Source: a virus
Virus record (IMG/VR): IMGVR_UViG_3300009523_000001
Coordinates: 53,666-117,665 of that record
Length of the DNA stretch: 64,000 nt
Reading direction: 5' to 3' (one strand)
In this document: piece by piece, positions 47,081 to 55,618 of the stretch
How positions within the stretch are numbered: position 1 is the first letter of the stretch
Layout: every line of letters starts with the position of its first letter
The notes under the pieces: generated by a model
Told to the model about the DNA's origin: nothing
The model's input: the letters and a program-made list of their open reading frames with translations, nothing else
Databases searched by the model: none
Made by a program: the position numbers and the translations under genes

Positions 47081-47209
47081 AAACCGCCAGTCCGTCATCA
47101 TGTAGTACAAGGTGCGCCACGATAATGCCCCTTTTCGTGCTCCGCAACGCCGCCGGCACCCAAAAACACCCGACTCAGATGAGCCGCCGCGATCGGTTAG
47201 CATGACCGC

Positions 47210-47596
47210 ATGAGAAACCCGCGAAGTGGACCTGGAGAAGAGCGGAAGAAAACGGCGGTCGAGGAGATCGAGCGCATCACCAACGACATCAAGATGCGCG
47301 TCGCCACGGTCGCTGACGCGCTGAGCGATCTCGAGCAGGCGCGTGTGCTCTACAAAGAAGGCCGCAAAGACGAAGCCTTCGACTACCTCGTCAGCATCAT
47401 CGAGCTCCACGTTCGGATGGTGGATCTTCGAAGCGGAATCGCCGTCTTCAAGGACGTCGTCGCCAACGATGGCACCGTCTACCCCGCGGGTGAGGACGCA
47501 CTGGTCCGCGAGCACCTTTACCGCGCAGACCTCGGTCCGCGGCCTCCGCGCCCGATGCGGGTTGTGCCTGAAAGCCCGTCAAAACCGAACACCTGA
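47210..47596 (+). CDS. Hypothetical helical protein
   Basis: 128-aa coding-like ORF. Confidence 0.6.
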   Translation: MRNPRSGPGEERKKTAVEEIERITNDIKMRVATVADALSDLEQARVLYKEGRKDEAFDYLVSIIELHVRMVDLRSGIAVFKDVVANDGTVYPAGEDALVREHLYRADLGPRPPRPMRVVPESPSKPNT

Positions 47597-47884
47597 TCGC
47601 AGTCCAGCGCCCGACCCGTGTGTTATGGCCGGCGCGACCAGCGGCGGTGCGATAGCCCCCGCCGCGCGCCGACGGCGGCGCCGCCTCCGGTCGTCGTCAT
47701 CGTCGCGGTGGTGGACGCGCTCGAAGAGAACGCGAAATGCGGCGTAGAGGGTCCACCACCACGGGTCGAAGAACACGCCCGGACGCCAGAAAGGCAGGCA
47801 GATCCGGCAGGCGAGCTCCGCGCAGAGGCCAGCGGCCAACGCACACCACCAGCACGGCCACCGGGGCTTCCTAGAAGGGGTCAC
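47579..47884 (-). CDS. Small Trp/Cys-rich membrane protein
   Basis: GTG coupled to upstream TGA; hydrophobic segments then [13 protein letters not shown]. Confidence 0.45.
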   Translation of the reverse strand: MTPSRKPRWPCWWCALAAGLCAELACRICLPFWRPGVFFDPWWWTLYAAFRVLFERVHHRDDDDDRRRRRRRRAAGAIAPPLVAPAITHGSGAGLRSGVRF

Positions 47885-48675
47885 GCGAGCCCCGCATTGA
47901 CCCGCTGACGATGAATCCGTGCGCGGATGTCCTCCGGGTCGACCCAACCCGCCGGCGCTCCTGCGGGGCGCCAAAAGCCCGGCGTCGCGACGAACCCGTC
48001 CTCGATGCGAATCCAGGCTCCCGCGCGCGGCACATCGGGGGGTTGACCCGATTGGGTCCACTTCAAAAAGAGTGCTCGCGCCCCCTCCGCCGGCGAGAGG
48101 CCGACGAGCATCTGTGCACCGCAGGGGAGGTAAACGTTCATGCTCTCGCCTGAAAGCACAACGAGTCCGCAGGCTTCAACAAGCGCACCGTCGAGCGCGA
48201 TCGATCGGATCCGGATGTCGCCGAACGCGGCGTCGTGCGTGACGGTCGGCACCGATTCGGCCGCTTGATGAACAAGCCGCCCGAGCCGCAATCGTTCCGC
48301 CTGTGAATCCTGCAACGCGTCCGGCGAATGCCGCGGGAGATGATTCGTTGGTCCGTTGGTGGGGCCACCCGGCAGACCATTCGGCAGACCATTCGTGTAC
48401 GGATCCGCGAAACCGTTCGCAGAATGACTGGCAGATCCGTTCGCGGAGAATTGGCGGATCGTCCAGAGATCGCCCACGCGATCCACGTACGCAAGGGTAA
48501 GGAGTCGGCGCAGAAAGGCGTGACCGGCGTGGGACTGCTGGCTGTGCGAACGCTCGCCGCCCTCGTCGTTTCGACGGTCTGGCCACATCCGAGCCGCGAA
48601 TTGAGCCGCCGTCAGAGGGCCGGCACGAAGGATGTCGATGGCACGGGCGAGGTGCGCCTGCTTGACCTCGTACAT
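47881..48675 (-). CDS. Hypothetical protein with N-terminal wHTH-like region
   Basis: ILRAGPLTAAQFAARMW..FLRRLLTLAYV; NG-repeat linker. Confidence 0.55.
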   Translation of the reverse strand: MYEVKQAHLARAIDILRAGPLTAAQFAARMWPDRRNDEGGERSHSQQSHAGHAFLRRLLTLAYVDRVGDLWTIRQFSANGSASHSANGFADPYTNGLPNGLPGGPTNGPTNHLPRHSPDALQDSQAERLRLGRLVHQAAESVPTVTHDAAFGDIRIRSIALDGALVEACGLVVLSGESMNVYLPCGAQMLVGLSPAEGARALFLKWTQSGQPPDVPRAGAWIRIEDGFVATPGFWRPAGAPAGWVDPEDIRARIHRQRVNAGLA

Positions 48676-48703
48676 TCGTCGCCGAGGGTATCACACCAGT
48701 CGC

Positions 48704-49111
48704 TCATGGGCGCGACCGCGCCGCCACCCCCGCCCGCACCCCCTGGGTCACGAGCGTCAGTTCCTTCGGGGTCAACGTCGCACACGTTTTGATGAGCCGG
48801 GTGACCAGCCGATCGCTCACCGCCGACCCGGGCCGCTGCGCGTGAACCGTCGCCGGCGGCAGACTGGGCATGGGCGGCAACTGGGTCTCGTCGATGCTGC
48901 CGGCCCCGTCGTGTGGCACCGAGACTTTGAAGGTACCCTCCGCGATCCCGGCGCGGACTTCAGCGGTCACCCGCGTGAGTTCGGCGGGCGTCAATGCGAG
49001 TGCCTGCGCAACGCAGTGCGAAACAACACTGAGATCGACGTCATCTTTGCGAGCGGTCTTCTTCGACCGGATCGCTTCTCGAAAAGCAGCAACGATGGCG
49101 GAAACAGGCAT
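48704..49111 (-). CDS. Hypothetical protein with internal duplication
   Basis: LTPAELTRVTAEVRAGIA / LTPKELTLVTQGVRAGVA. Confidence 0.55.
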   Translation of the reverse strand: MPVSAIVAAFREAIRSKKTARKDDVDLSVVSHCVAQALALTPAELTRVTAEVRAGIAEGTFKVSVPHDGAGSIDETQLPPMPSLPPATVHAQRPGSAVSDRLVTRLIKTCATLTPKELTLVTQGVRAGVAARSRP

Positions 49112-49343
49112 GGCCCGGAAGGTACCACCCAACCCTCCGGGCCAAAAGCCTCACCTGCCCAGCCGAACCACCGCCGAACCCTGTCGCGTCGTGGGTAGGT
49201 GGCGGGCGGTGCTTCGTGGGCTCCGTCCCGAAGTATCGGTCTTTTTGGGACGACGGCAGCTCCCGCGGTGCATAACGACGCCAAAGCTCGTCGAGGCCGA
49301 GGACGGGCGTTGACACCACCGGCCACGCCCTTACGTTGCCCCC

Positions 49344-49772
49344 GTGGGCGGATTCGACGACGCCGTGCGGGACCTCCTCAGCGCCGCCAAGCGTCAGGAG
49401 GATCAAGCCCTCCGCGAGTGGAGCGCCAACCTGACCGCAAGCGAGCAAGGAGTCGTGGTCGCGCATCTAGCATTCGCACTGCTGCACGGGTTGCTCGCCA
49501 ACGCCGCCACGCGGATGCGCGAATCCGGGAGAGACTGCACCCTGCAGCTCTACGGACCGACGCTGCAAGTTGATGCGCCCGGGCGCCAAGTCGTCTGCAC
49601 CTGCATGCTTCAGGACGATTCGATCCTCATCGACTTCTACGGGCACGGCGTCGAAGGCCGCCGTGAAGTCTGGCGCCCACCGGTCAAGGACATGACGCAG
49701 TTCGCGGGACTGTTCGCATCCGTCCAGGACCTCTCGCTGCGCGTCGTGAAGCACCTCGTCGGCGTCGCCTAG
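49344..49772 (+). CDS. Hypothetical protein
   Basis: 142-aa coding-like ORF. Confidence 0.55.
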   Translation: MGGFDDAVRDLLSAAKRQEDQALREWSANLTASEQGVVVAHLAFALLHGLLANAATRMRESGRDCTLQLYGPTLQVDAPGRQVVCTCMLQDDSILIDFYGHGVEGRREVWRPPVKDMTQFAGLFASVQDLSLRVVKHLVGVA

Positions 49773-49885
49773 CTGACGTGATCCCCAACGTCTTGCCGAC
49801 TCAATCTGCTCAGTCGCTCGATTCCTTTGGTCGGCTTTGCACAATGATTGCCCTTCCCGACCCGTTCGTTGTGCAGCGGCGCGAA

Positions 49886-50155
49886 TCATTGTGCAGCCGC
49901 GTCAATGGTGGCGGCATGCCCACAGTGGGCGCAGACCCCAGCGGGCGGGTACTTCCCGGTGAGAACGTCGTCCACGCCGACGCCCACAAGCCGCGCCAGC
50001 CGGAAGGCCAGGATGGGCGTGGGCGCCCTCTTGGCCGTCGAGACGTCGACGTGCAGCGCTTTGGCGACGTTGAGCCAACCGCCCATGCTGGCTCGCAGGA
50101 ACCGCGCAGCCGTCCGCACGTTCACCGCTTCCTTCGGGCTCAGGGTGAAGTTCAC
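49886..50155 (-). CDS. HTH protein with C-terminal CxxC
   Basis: GGWLNVAKALHVDVSTAK..LAFRLARLVGVGVDDVL..CAHCG; coupled to transposase stop. Confidence 0.7.
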   Translation of the reverse strand: MNFTLSPKEAVNVRTAARFLRASMGGWLNVAKALHVDVSTAKRAPTPILAFRLARLVGVGVDDVLTGKYPPAGVCAHCGHAATIDAAAQ

Positions 50156-51381
50156 GACGCCACCGCCAGCGTGCGCGTGCCTGAGAACGTCGGCTCGACG
50201 CCAAGTTGGTGCATCGCATGAACGAGGCAGGACAGGTCATACGCGAGTACCTTGCAGAGCACTTCGTTCACTTGCGCGACGAAGCCCTTGCTGCGCACGG
50301 ATGGCCCAAACTTCCGCTTGATCGCGCTGAACGCGGACTCGGAGAGCGAGCGCTTGTGGTACTCGGCCGCGAAGTCGGCTTGCCGGTACATGAAGAGGCC
50401 CCACATGCGGCGCCACGCTTCCGAGCCCGTCGATCCGCTGTTCGACTTGAACGGGATGTAGGGCACAGCGCCGACGCTTTCGATCTTCGCAAGGTTCGCG
50501 TGCGAGAGGTACGCCTTGTCGGCCGAGACGGCGCGCATGTCGAAGCCGTTGGCGGCGACCGACTCGACGAGCGCAGGAAGCTCGGGGCAGTCGTTGGCGT
50601 CCGAGTCGGTCACGTGCACGGCAGCGATTACGTTGCTCGTACAGCCTACGATCGCGTGAGCCTTGAGCCATGTGGCCCGCTTCATCTCGCGCCCGTACTT
50701 CTGGTCGTACCATCGGTGATACGTCACGGTGCCAAAGCCGGTGGAGTCCACGGCGAAGCGCGTGTCGATGCTCGTGAGCGGCGTGGCGCAGTCCTGGATG
50801 AGCGCGGAGAGGAGCAGCGTCATCTCGGGCTTCTCGAAGTAGTTGAGGATCGAGTTGAAGTGCGGCGCCTTCGTCATGTGGCCCGCATCCGCGCAGGCTC
50901 GTATGTCGCTCGTCGCGCGTCGGGCGGAAAGGCCCGTCCACGACTTCATCACCATGCCGTAAACCGCGTCGGAGAGCGGGATGGGCTTGGGGCCCCGTCC
51001 GGGGTGCGGAGGCGTCACGATGCCGTCGCAGAGCGAGCGAAGGAGCGTCTGGACGGTCTCCTTCTCGGCGCACTGCGCGGCGTTGTAGTGCGTCCAGTCT
51101 TGGCCGTACGTCTTTCGGATGGTCGTGGTCTGCGTGACCGTGCGCGATCCGTCCGCGCCCTCTTCCACGGTGACCGTCTGCGAAAGCTCGACGGCCCACA
51201 TGTGCTTGCACTTGACCATGCGCTCTTCGTGGTCCGGGCACGAGCACGTCGAGGCCAGGACGTTCACGAGGTAGCCGCCCGCGTTCTTCGTCTGCGACGG
51301 GACGAACCAGAGAGCGCTCTCGACCCGCTTTATCCGCTTGTCCTGGGCCAGTGTCTTGCCGCGTTCCTCTCTTGCGTTCAT
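50152..51381 (-). CDS. DDE transposase (IS5/IS4-like) with N-terminal SWIM zinc finger
   Basis: CSCPD..CKH SWIM; AVDSTG, SADKAY, YHKRSLSESAFSAIKRKFG DDE motifs. Confidence 0.9.
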   Translation of the reverse strand: MNAREERGKTLAQDKRIKRVESALWFVPSQTKNAGGYLVNVLASTCSCPDHEERMVKCKHMWAVELSQTVTVEEGADGSRTVTQTTTIRKTYGQDWTHYNAAQCAEKETVQTLLRSLCDGIVTPPHPGRGPKPIPLSDAVYGMVMKSWTGLSARRATSDIRACADAGHMTKAPHFNSILNYFEKPEMTLLLSALIQDCATPLTSIDTRFAVDSTGFGTVTYHRWYDQKYGREMKRATWLKAHAIVGCTSNVIAAVHVTDSDANDCPELPALVESVAANGFDMRAVSADKAYLSHANLAKIESVGAVPYIPFKSNSGSTGSEAWRRMWGLFMYRQADFAAEYHKRSLSESAFSAIKRKFGPSVRSKGFVAQVNEVLCKVLAYDLSCLVHAMHQLGVEPTFSGTRTLAVAS

Positions 51382-51387
51382 ATATAC

Positions 51388-51449
51388 ACTGTAACTACGT
51401 TTGCTCCGCTCGTCAAGCGCTTGACATGGACATACAGCGTCTATACAGT
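51388..51449. promoter_or_regulatory. Mirror-image divergent sigma70 promoters
   Basis: Plus: TTGACA-N17-TACAGT; minus: TTGACG-N17-TACAGT; centred on GTCAAGCGCTTGAC. Confidence 0.7.
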
Positions 51450-51456
51450 GTCTCGC

Positions 51457-51627
51457 ATGGGTGCGAAGCGTAAGAAGGCGAGGTCAGCCAAAGGTGAGCA
51501 GGTACTCATCCGCGTGACGGCGGAAGAAAAAGAGGCGTGGACGCGGGCGGCTGAGAAGGACGATCGCGGTGGCCTGAGCGGATGGCTACGCCACTTGGCC
51601 AACGAAGCGGCCAGGAAGTCGGGCTAG
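51457..51627 (+). CDS. Ribbon-helix-helix regulator (56 aa)
   Basis: QVLIRVTAEEKEAWTRAAEKDDRGGLSGWLRHLA. Confidence 0.75.
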   Translation: MGAKRKKARSAKGEQVLIRVTAEEKEAWTRAAEKDDRGGLSGWLRHLANEAARKSG

Positions 51628-51629
51628 CT

Positions 51630-52697
51630 GTGGATAAGGCCAGTGGAAAAGCCGTGTGTGTTCAGGTGGGGGCAGACTGTGGGAACGCGCGCTCAGTGCG
51701 CCAGAAAAAGGCGCCTGTGGAGAGCCGTTCTGGCCGCAGAGTCGTCGGCACGGTGCATCAGACGAAGCTAAAGCTGGTGCTCGATGTTGAGCGACATCGA
51801 GGTGACGCCAGCGGGTCGGTGTTGCATGGCGATGCCTACGATCTCGGCGCCGCACTTGTCCCGAAGAGCGTTGACCTTGTGATCACCAGCCCACCGTACT
51901 GGGGGCATCGAGCCTACGGCGGCGAGCACGATTGGAAGATCCTTGACACGTGGAAGGCGGCAGGCGGCTCGGTCGAGAGTCCGCCTCCGTATGCCTGGTA
52001 TCGAGAACACGGCGGGCTTCTTGGCTTGGAGCCGGTACCCGAATGGTACGTAGCTCACCTCGTTGAAATCCTCGGGCGGATCCGCCACGCCTTGAAGCCG
52101 CGCGCGAGCGTGTGGGTCAACATCGGCGACACGTATTTCGCGCGCTGGGCCAGCATCCGAGAGAACGGGCGTCAGGGCCTCGGGAACAATCCTCGCGTCC
52201 GTCGTCGCACTCCGATGGGCGGCTACCGTCAGGAGAAACAGCTTTTGCAGGTCCCGGCGCGCTTTGCCATCGGCATGCAGGACGATCGATGGATCCTTCG
52301 CAACGACCTGATCTGGTTCAAGCCGAACGTCCCACCCCGGCCCGAGACAGATCGGCTCCGGCTTGCTCACGAACACTTCTACCACTTCGCGCTTCGCCCA
52401 AAGGAGGGTCGCGCGAGCTACTTCTACAATATGCAGGCCGTCGAGCCAGGTGCGCTCGACGTCGTGACCTACAACGTGCGGGCCGGGCGCGATGGACACT
52501 CGGCCACGTTCCCAGAGGATCTCATACGTCCCCGCATCCTCAGCTCGTGCCCCTCAGGCGGCACCGTGCTCGATCCGTTCTGCGGCACCGGAAGTGCCCT
52601 CAAGGTGGCGGTCGAGTCGGGGCGCAATGCAATCGGTTTTGACTTGTCGCCGGAGTTTGCTCAGTGCGCCAGCGAGGCGATCCAAGAGGGCGCGTGA
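51630..52697 (+). CDS. N4-cytosine/N6-adenine DNA methyltransferase (beta class); start uncertain
   Basis: VDLVITSPPY, NIGDTY, HSATFP, VLDPFCGTGS. Confidence 0.9.
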   Translation: MDKASGKAVCVQVGADCGNARSVRQKKAPVESRSGRRVVGTVHQTKLKLVLDVERHRGDASGSVLHGDAYDLGAALVPKSVDLVITSPPYWGHRAYGGEHDWKILDTWKAAGGSVESPPPYAWYREHGGLLGLEPVPEWYVAHLVEILGRIRHALKPRASVWVNIGDTYFARWASIRENGRQGLGNNPRVRRRTPMGGYRQEKQLLQVPARFAIGMQDDRWILRNDLIWFKPNVPPRPETDRLRLAHEHFYHFALRPKEGRASYFYNMQAVEPGALDVVTYNVRAGRDGHSATFPEDLIRPRILSSCPSGGTVLDPFCGTGSALKVAVESGRNAIGFDLSPEFAQCASEAIQEGA

Positions 52698-52702
52698 GCG
52701 AG

Positions 52703-53554
52703 CTACAGCCCAGCCTTGCGACGAACGCGGTCCAAGAAGTCGGCTCTAGCCGTTTCCGACACCTCAAGGGTGGCGGACATTGCCGCGACGTACTTGTCCA
52801 GCGTCGTCCGTACGACCTGACGCACGGGGAACTCGTAGCTTCCGTCCGGCTGGCGAGCGCCGTAATCGAACGTCATGAACGTGATCTCCCACGGTCCGGT
52901 CACGGTCTCGAATGGGATCCGCGTGTGGAGGTACTCGAACGGCCGATCCTGCATCAGGACGTAGAAGGGAACGTCACCGACGTTTTTGAGATAGGTGCCC
53001 TTCGTGGCGACCTGCAAACCGAGGCGCTTGTAGATGTTCGCCATGTTGACCCCGTAGGCCACGGTGTCCCTCCGGTTCTCAGCGAGCGACGCCGCAGTGA
53101 AGTACGAGCGCCATTCGTCGACCTTGCTGTCCTCCCACGCCTTCCACGCCGGGCCGACACCGCCGCCCCGCATGTCGATGGCCTGCGTCTCGATGGCGAT
53201 GATGTTCTCGATGCAGCCCACCTCGAACGCCACATAATCGAACGAGGTGCGCGGGCTCGTAAGCACGATCTCGGGGACGAGCCGGCTCTCCGTCGCGCCG
53301 AAGTGGTCGCGTTGGGCCAGCCCGATCGGTTCGCCGTCGAGCCGATGGTCGCACACGGCGTAGGTGCGCTGGGCGCCCATGTCGCCCGCCGCCGCGTAGG
53401 TCACGGAGCAGTTGCCGTACCCGTATTGGCGGTACTTCTCGCACGGTGTCCCCGTGAAGCGACACCAGCGCCGCGCCCGCGCGTCCAACGCCTCAGGGGT
53501 GGCGGCGTCAGCCGCGTAGCCGAACGCCTCGATGATCGGGAACGGCTTTGGCAC
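52703..53554 (-). CDS. NotI-like type II restriction endonuclease
   Basis: CRFTGTPCEK..GNCSV..VCDHR four-Cys metal site; FDYV..IETQAID PD-(D/E)xK-like core; convergent with MTase. Confidence 0.75.
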   Translation of the reverse strand: MPKPFPIIEAFGYAADAATPEALDARARRWCRFTGTPCEKYRQYGYGNCSVTYAAAGDMGAQRTYAVCDHRLDGEPIGLAQRDHFGATESRLVPEIVLTSPRTSFDYVAFEVGCIENIIAIETQAIDMRGGGVGPAWKAWEDSKVDEWRSYFTAASLAENRRDTVAYGVNMANIYKRLGLQVATKGTYLKNVGDVPFYVLMQDRPFEYLHTRIPFETVTGPWEITFMTFDYGARQPDGSYEFPVRQVVRTTLDKYVAAMSATLEVSETARADFLDRVRRKAGL

Positions 53555-53612
53555 GCCACCCGATGCTCGCGCGTGGGTACGCCAGGGCCAAGTTTCCTAA
53601 CGCGTCGCGCAA

Positions 53613-53834
53613 TTATTGTGCAGCCTCCCGAATCGTTGTGCGGGCGCTCTTTATTGTGCAAAGCCCCTTTGGTCCCTCGATCGCGCCACCAGCGCGCCCA
53701 CCGGCGCGTCGTGCGACGCCCGTCGCTCGGACGACAGCGATCGTGGCCATCGTCGTGAGTGCGATCGCGCTCGCCACGGCCACCACCGCGCCGACGTACA
53801 CGCGGCGGCCGAGGAACCGAACCGACGGGGGCAT
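53613..53834 (-). CDS. Small membrane protein whose 3' end was replaced by the transposon insertion
   Basis: MPPSVRFLGRRVYVG leader-like motif plus TM; removing the element restores ...GPKESSD* from 49809-49832. Confidence 0.5.
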   Translation of the reverse strand: MPPSVRFLGRRVYVGAVVAVASAIALTTMATIAVVRATGVARRAGGRAGGAIEGPKGLCTIKSARTTIREAAQ

Positions 53835-54020
53835 TGCCCGACGCCGGCACCCCTCGCGGCCCGCAGCAGAGACTGAAGCGGCGGCCGAATGCCTCGGCCG
53901 CGATGGCGAGTAGCGCCCTCGCGCCTTGCGTAGAGCGAACGGGAATCGACGGCCGGCCTACGCCGGCAGCGGGCCTGGCCCGGTAGTGTATTTTCGGGAC
54001 GAGTGGGTCGGTGCGGATCG

Positions 54021-54842
54021 TCACGACGTCGATTGTGCGGGGGCCGGCGCCGCGGGCGCCTTACCGCCGCCGACTTTGAACGGATGGACGACGGTGCGGT
54101 CCTCGTTCGCCGCAGCGGCGAGGGGTACGAAGTCTTTGACGTTGGTGGTGGCAAGCTGGCTCCCCACGGCTGACTCACAAACGATCACGGCGTCGCTCAG
54201 CGCGTACCAGCATCGCTTCCCCCTCGGGGGCTTGTCCTCGCTGACAACCTCTTTGGCCGCCTTGCTCGCAGCGTTGACGTGCTTGGGCACACCCTTGCCA
54301 GCAGTCGTTGCAATCACTTGAAGGTGGTGTTTCCGGTCCGTCCAGAATTCGTCGATCGCACACGGCTGACGCTCTTCGAGCGTGCACTTCGCCCGAAAGC
54401 GATAGAAGCCGTTGCTGTCTCGCTGGGGGGTCGCGCTTGCCCAGCAGCACTTCGTAGCGTCGGTGAGCAGGAGACCACGATCAAACTTTTTGAGGATCTC
54501 GACCTCGATCCAACGCGCCAGCGTCGCGATCATCGCGTTCACCGGCTCGTTACGACGCATCAAGGCGATCATGACTTTGCGAGCTTTCTGACCTTGTTTT
54601 TCTTGAACAGGGTATGTGTCAAGCGCTTCAAGCGCATCGGGGATGTCGCCGGTCTCTTTGAGCTTGTTGTGCGCCAATACCGCCGCGGAGAGAAACGTCG
54701 CCTTGAATTGCTGCCGAACGTAGCTCGACGAAGTCGCTCCGGGCTGCTTGACCAGGGCGTCCGCGAGGCGACGCATCTCGGCCCTTCCGAACACTCGCTC
54801 GACGAACACGGGCGTATCCAAATGGATGGGACTTGCTGCCAT
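54021..54842 (-). CDS. PIN-like domain protein
   Basis: IHLDTPVF N-terminal Asp; SDAVIVCES..LATTNVKDF C-terminal PIN motifs. Confidence 0.6.
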   Translation of the reverse strand: MAASPIHLDTPVFVERVFGRAEMRRLADALVKQPGATSSSYVRQQFKATFLSAAVLAHNKLKETGDIPDALEALDTYPVQEKQGQKARKVMIALMRRNEPVNAMIATLARWIEVEILKKFDRGLLLTDATKCCWASATPQRDSNGFYRFRAKCTLEERQPCAIDEFWTDRKHHLQVIATTAGKGVPKHVNAASKAAKEVVSEDKPPRGKRCWYALSDAVIVCESAVGSQLATTNVKDFVPLAAAANEDRTVVHPFKVGGGKAPAAPAPAQSTS

Positions 54843-55618
54843 CAGACCGGCTCGGCCTCCACCTCGTCATCACGCTCCTCCTCGTCCGGCAGGGGAGGAG
54901 GTGCGACTTCGAACCCACCGGCTTCGAGGATCTCACGCACGTTCATGAAGTCTTCGTCCGACACCGTCGGCGCGGAGGCGAGATCGACGGCGCGCGCGAG
55001 CTCATGGAGGGCTGTCGCGTTGATCTCGAGTGCCTCCGTCCAACCCATCGCGTCGTAGATCAGACCAAGAGCAAACTCGCGCATGCGATCTGTCGCGGCG
55101 GCGTGCACGCGGTCCCGCTCCTTGGCCACGGACGTCCGGAGACTCGCGTAGCAGGCGTGGCGGTCCACGACATCGCCCGCGGCTTCGGAGAGGTCCCGGA
55201 CCTTCTGGCGCAGATTCTCGGACGCCAGCTCCGCCACTGGTGGCTGATCGAGCAGCAGATGAGGATTCACATAGGGATTCGATGCCATCCGCGTACCAAA
55301 CATCGCCCGTAGCTCGTCGATCTGCTTCTGCTGTCCCCGCAGCGACTTGCCGACGGACTCTTCAATCCGAAAGGCCGTCACGTCCATCTCATCCAGCAGC
55401 GATTCTTCAAGGACCCGTAGGGTGTCCTCGTCGACCTGTCGGTGTTCGAACCGTGTGACCCCAACAACGTGCCAGAGCAACGTCGTCCATTGGTGGTCGA
55501 GGACGGGAGCCAGGCTGGGACGCTCTTTGGGCCCCGTGGAGAGCGGCTCAAGCGGAGCAGGCTGCCGCTCCGGCAACGCAGCCTTGCGCGAGGCCGGCGG
55601 TTTGGTGTCGCCAGCCAT
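54842..55618 (-). CDS. Hypothetical helical protein (middle gene of operon)
   Basis: Translationally coupled on both sides; acidic tail. Confidence 0.65.
   Translation of the reverse strand: MAGDTKPPASRKAALPERQPAPLEPLSTGPKERPSLAPVLDHQWTTLLWHVVGVTRFEHRQVDEDTLRVLEESLLDEMDVTAFRIEESVGKSLRGQQKQIDELRAMFGTRMASNPYVNPHLLLDQPPVAELASENLRQKVRDLSEAAGDVVDRHACYASLRTSVAKERDRVHAAATDRMREFALGLIYDAMGWTEALEINATALHELARAVDLASAPTVSDEDFMNVREILEAGGFEVAPPPLPDEEERDDEVEAEPV

Larger units (their letters stand above)
49833..53665. mobile_element. Cargo-carrying IS5/IS903-like transposon with SWIM-DDE transposase and R-M system
   Basis: TIR GGCTTTGCACAAT (49833-49845) / ATTGTGCAAAGCC (53653-53665); 9-bp TSD CCTTTGGTC at 49824-49832 and 53666-53674. 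Confidence 0.9.
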
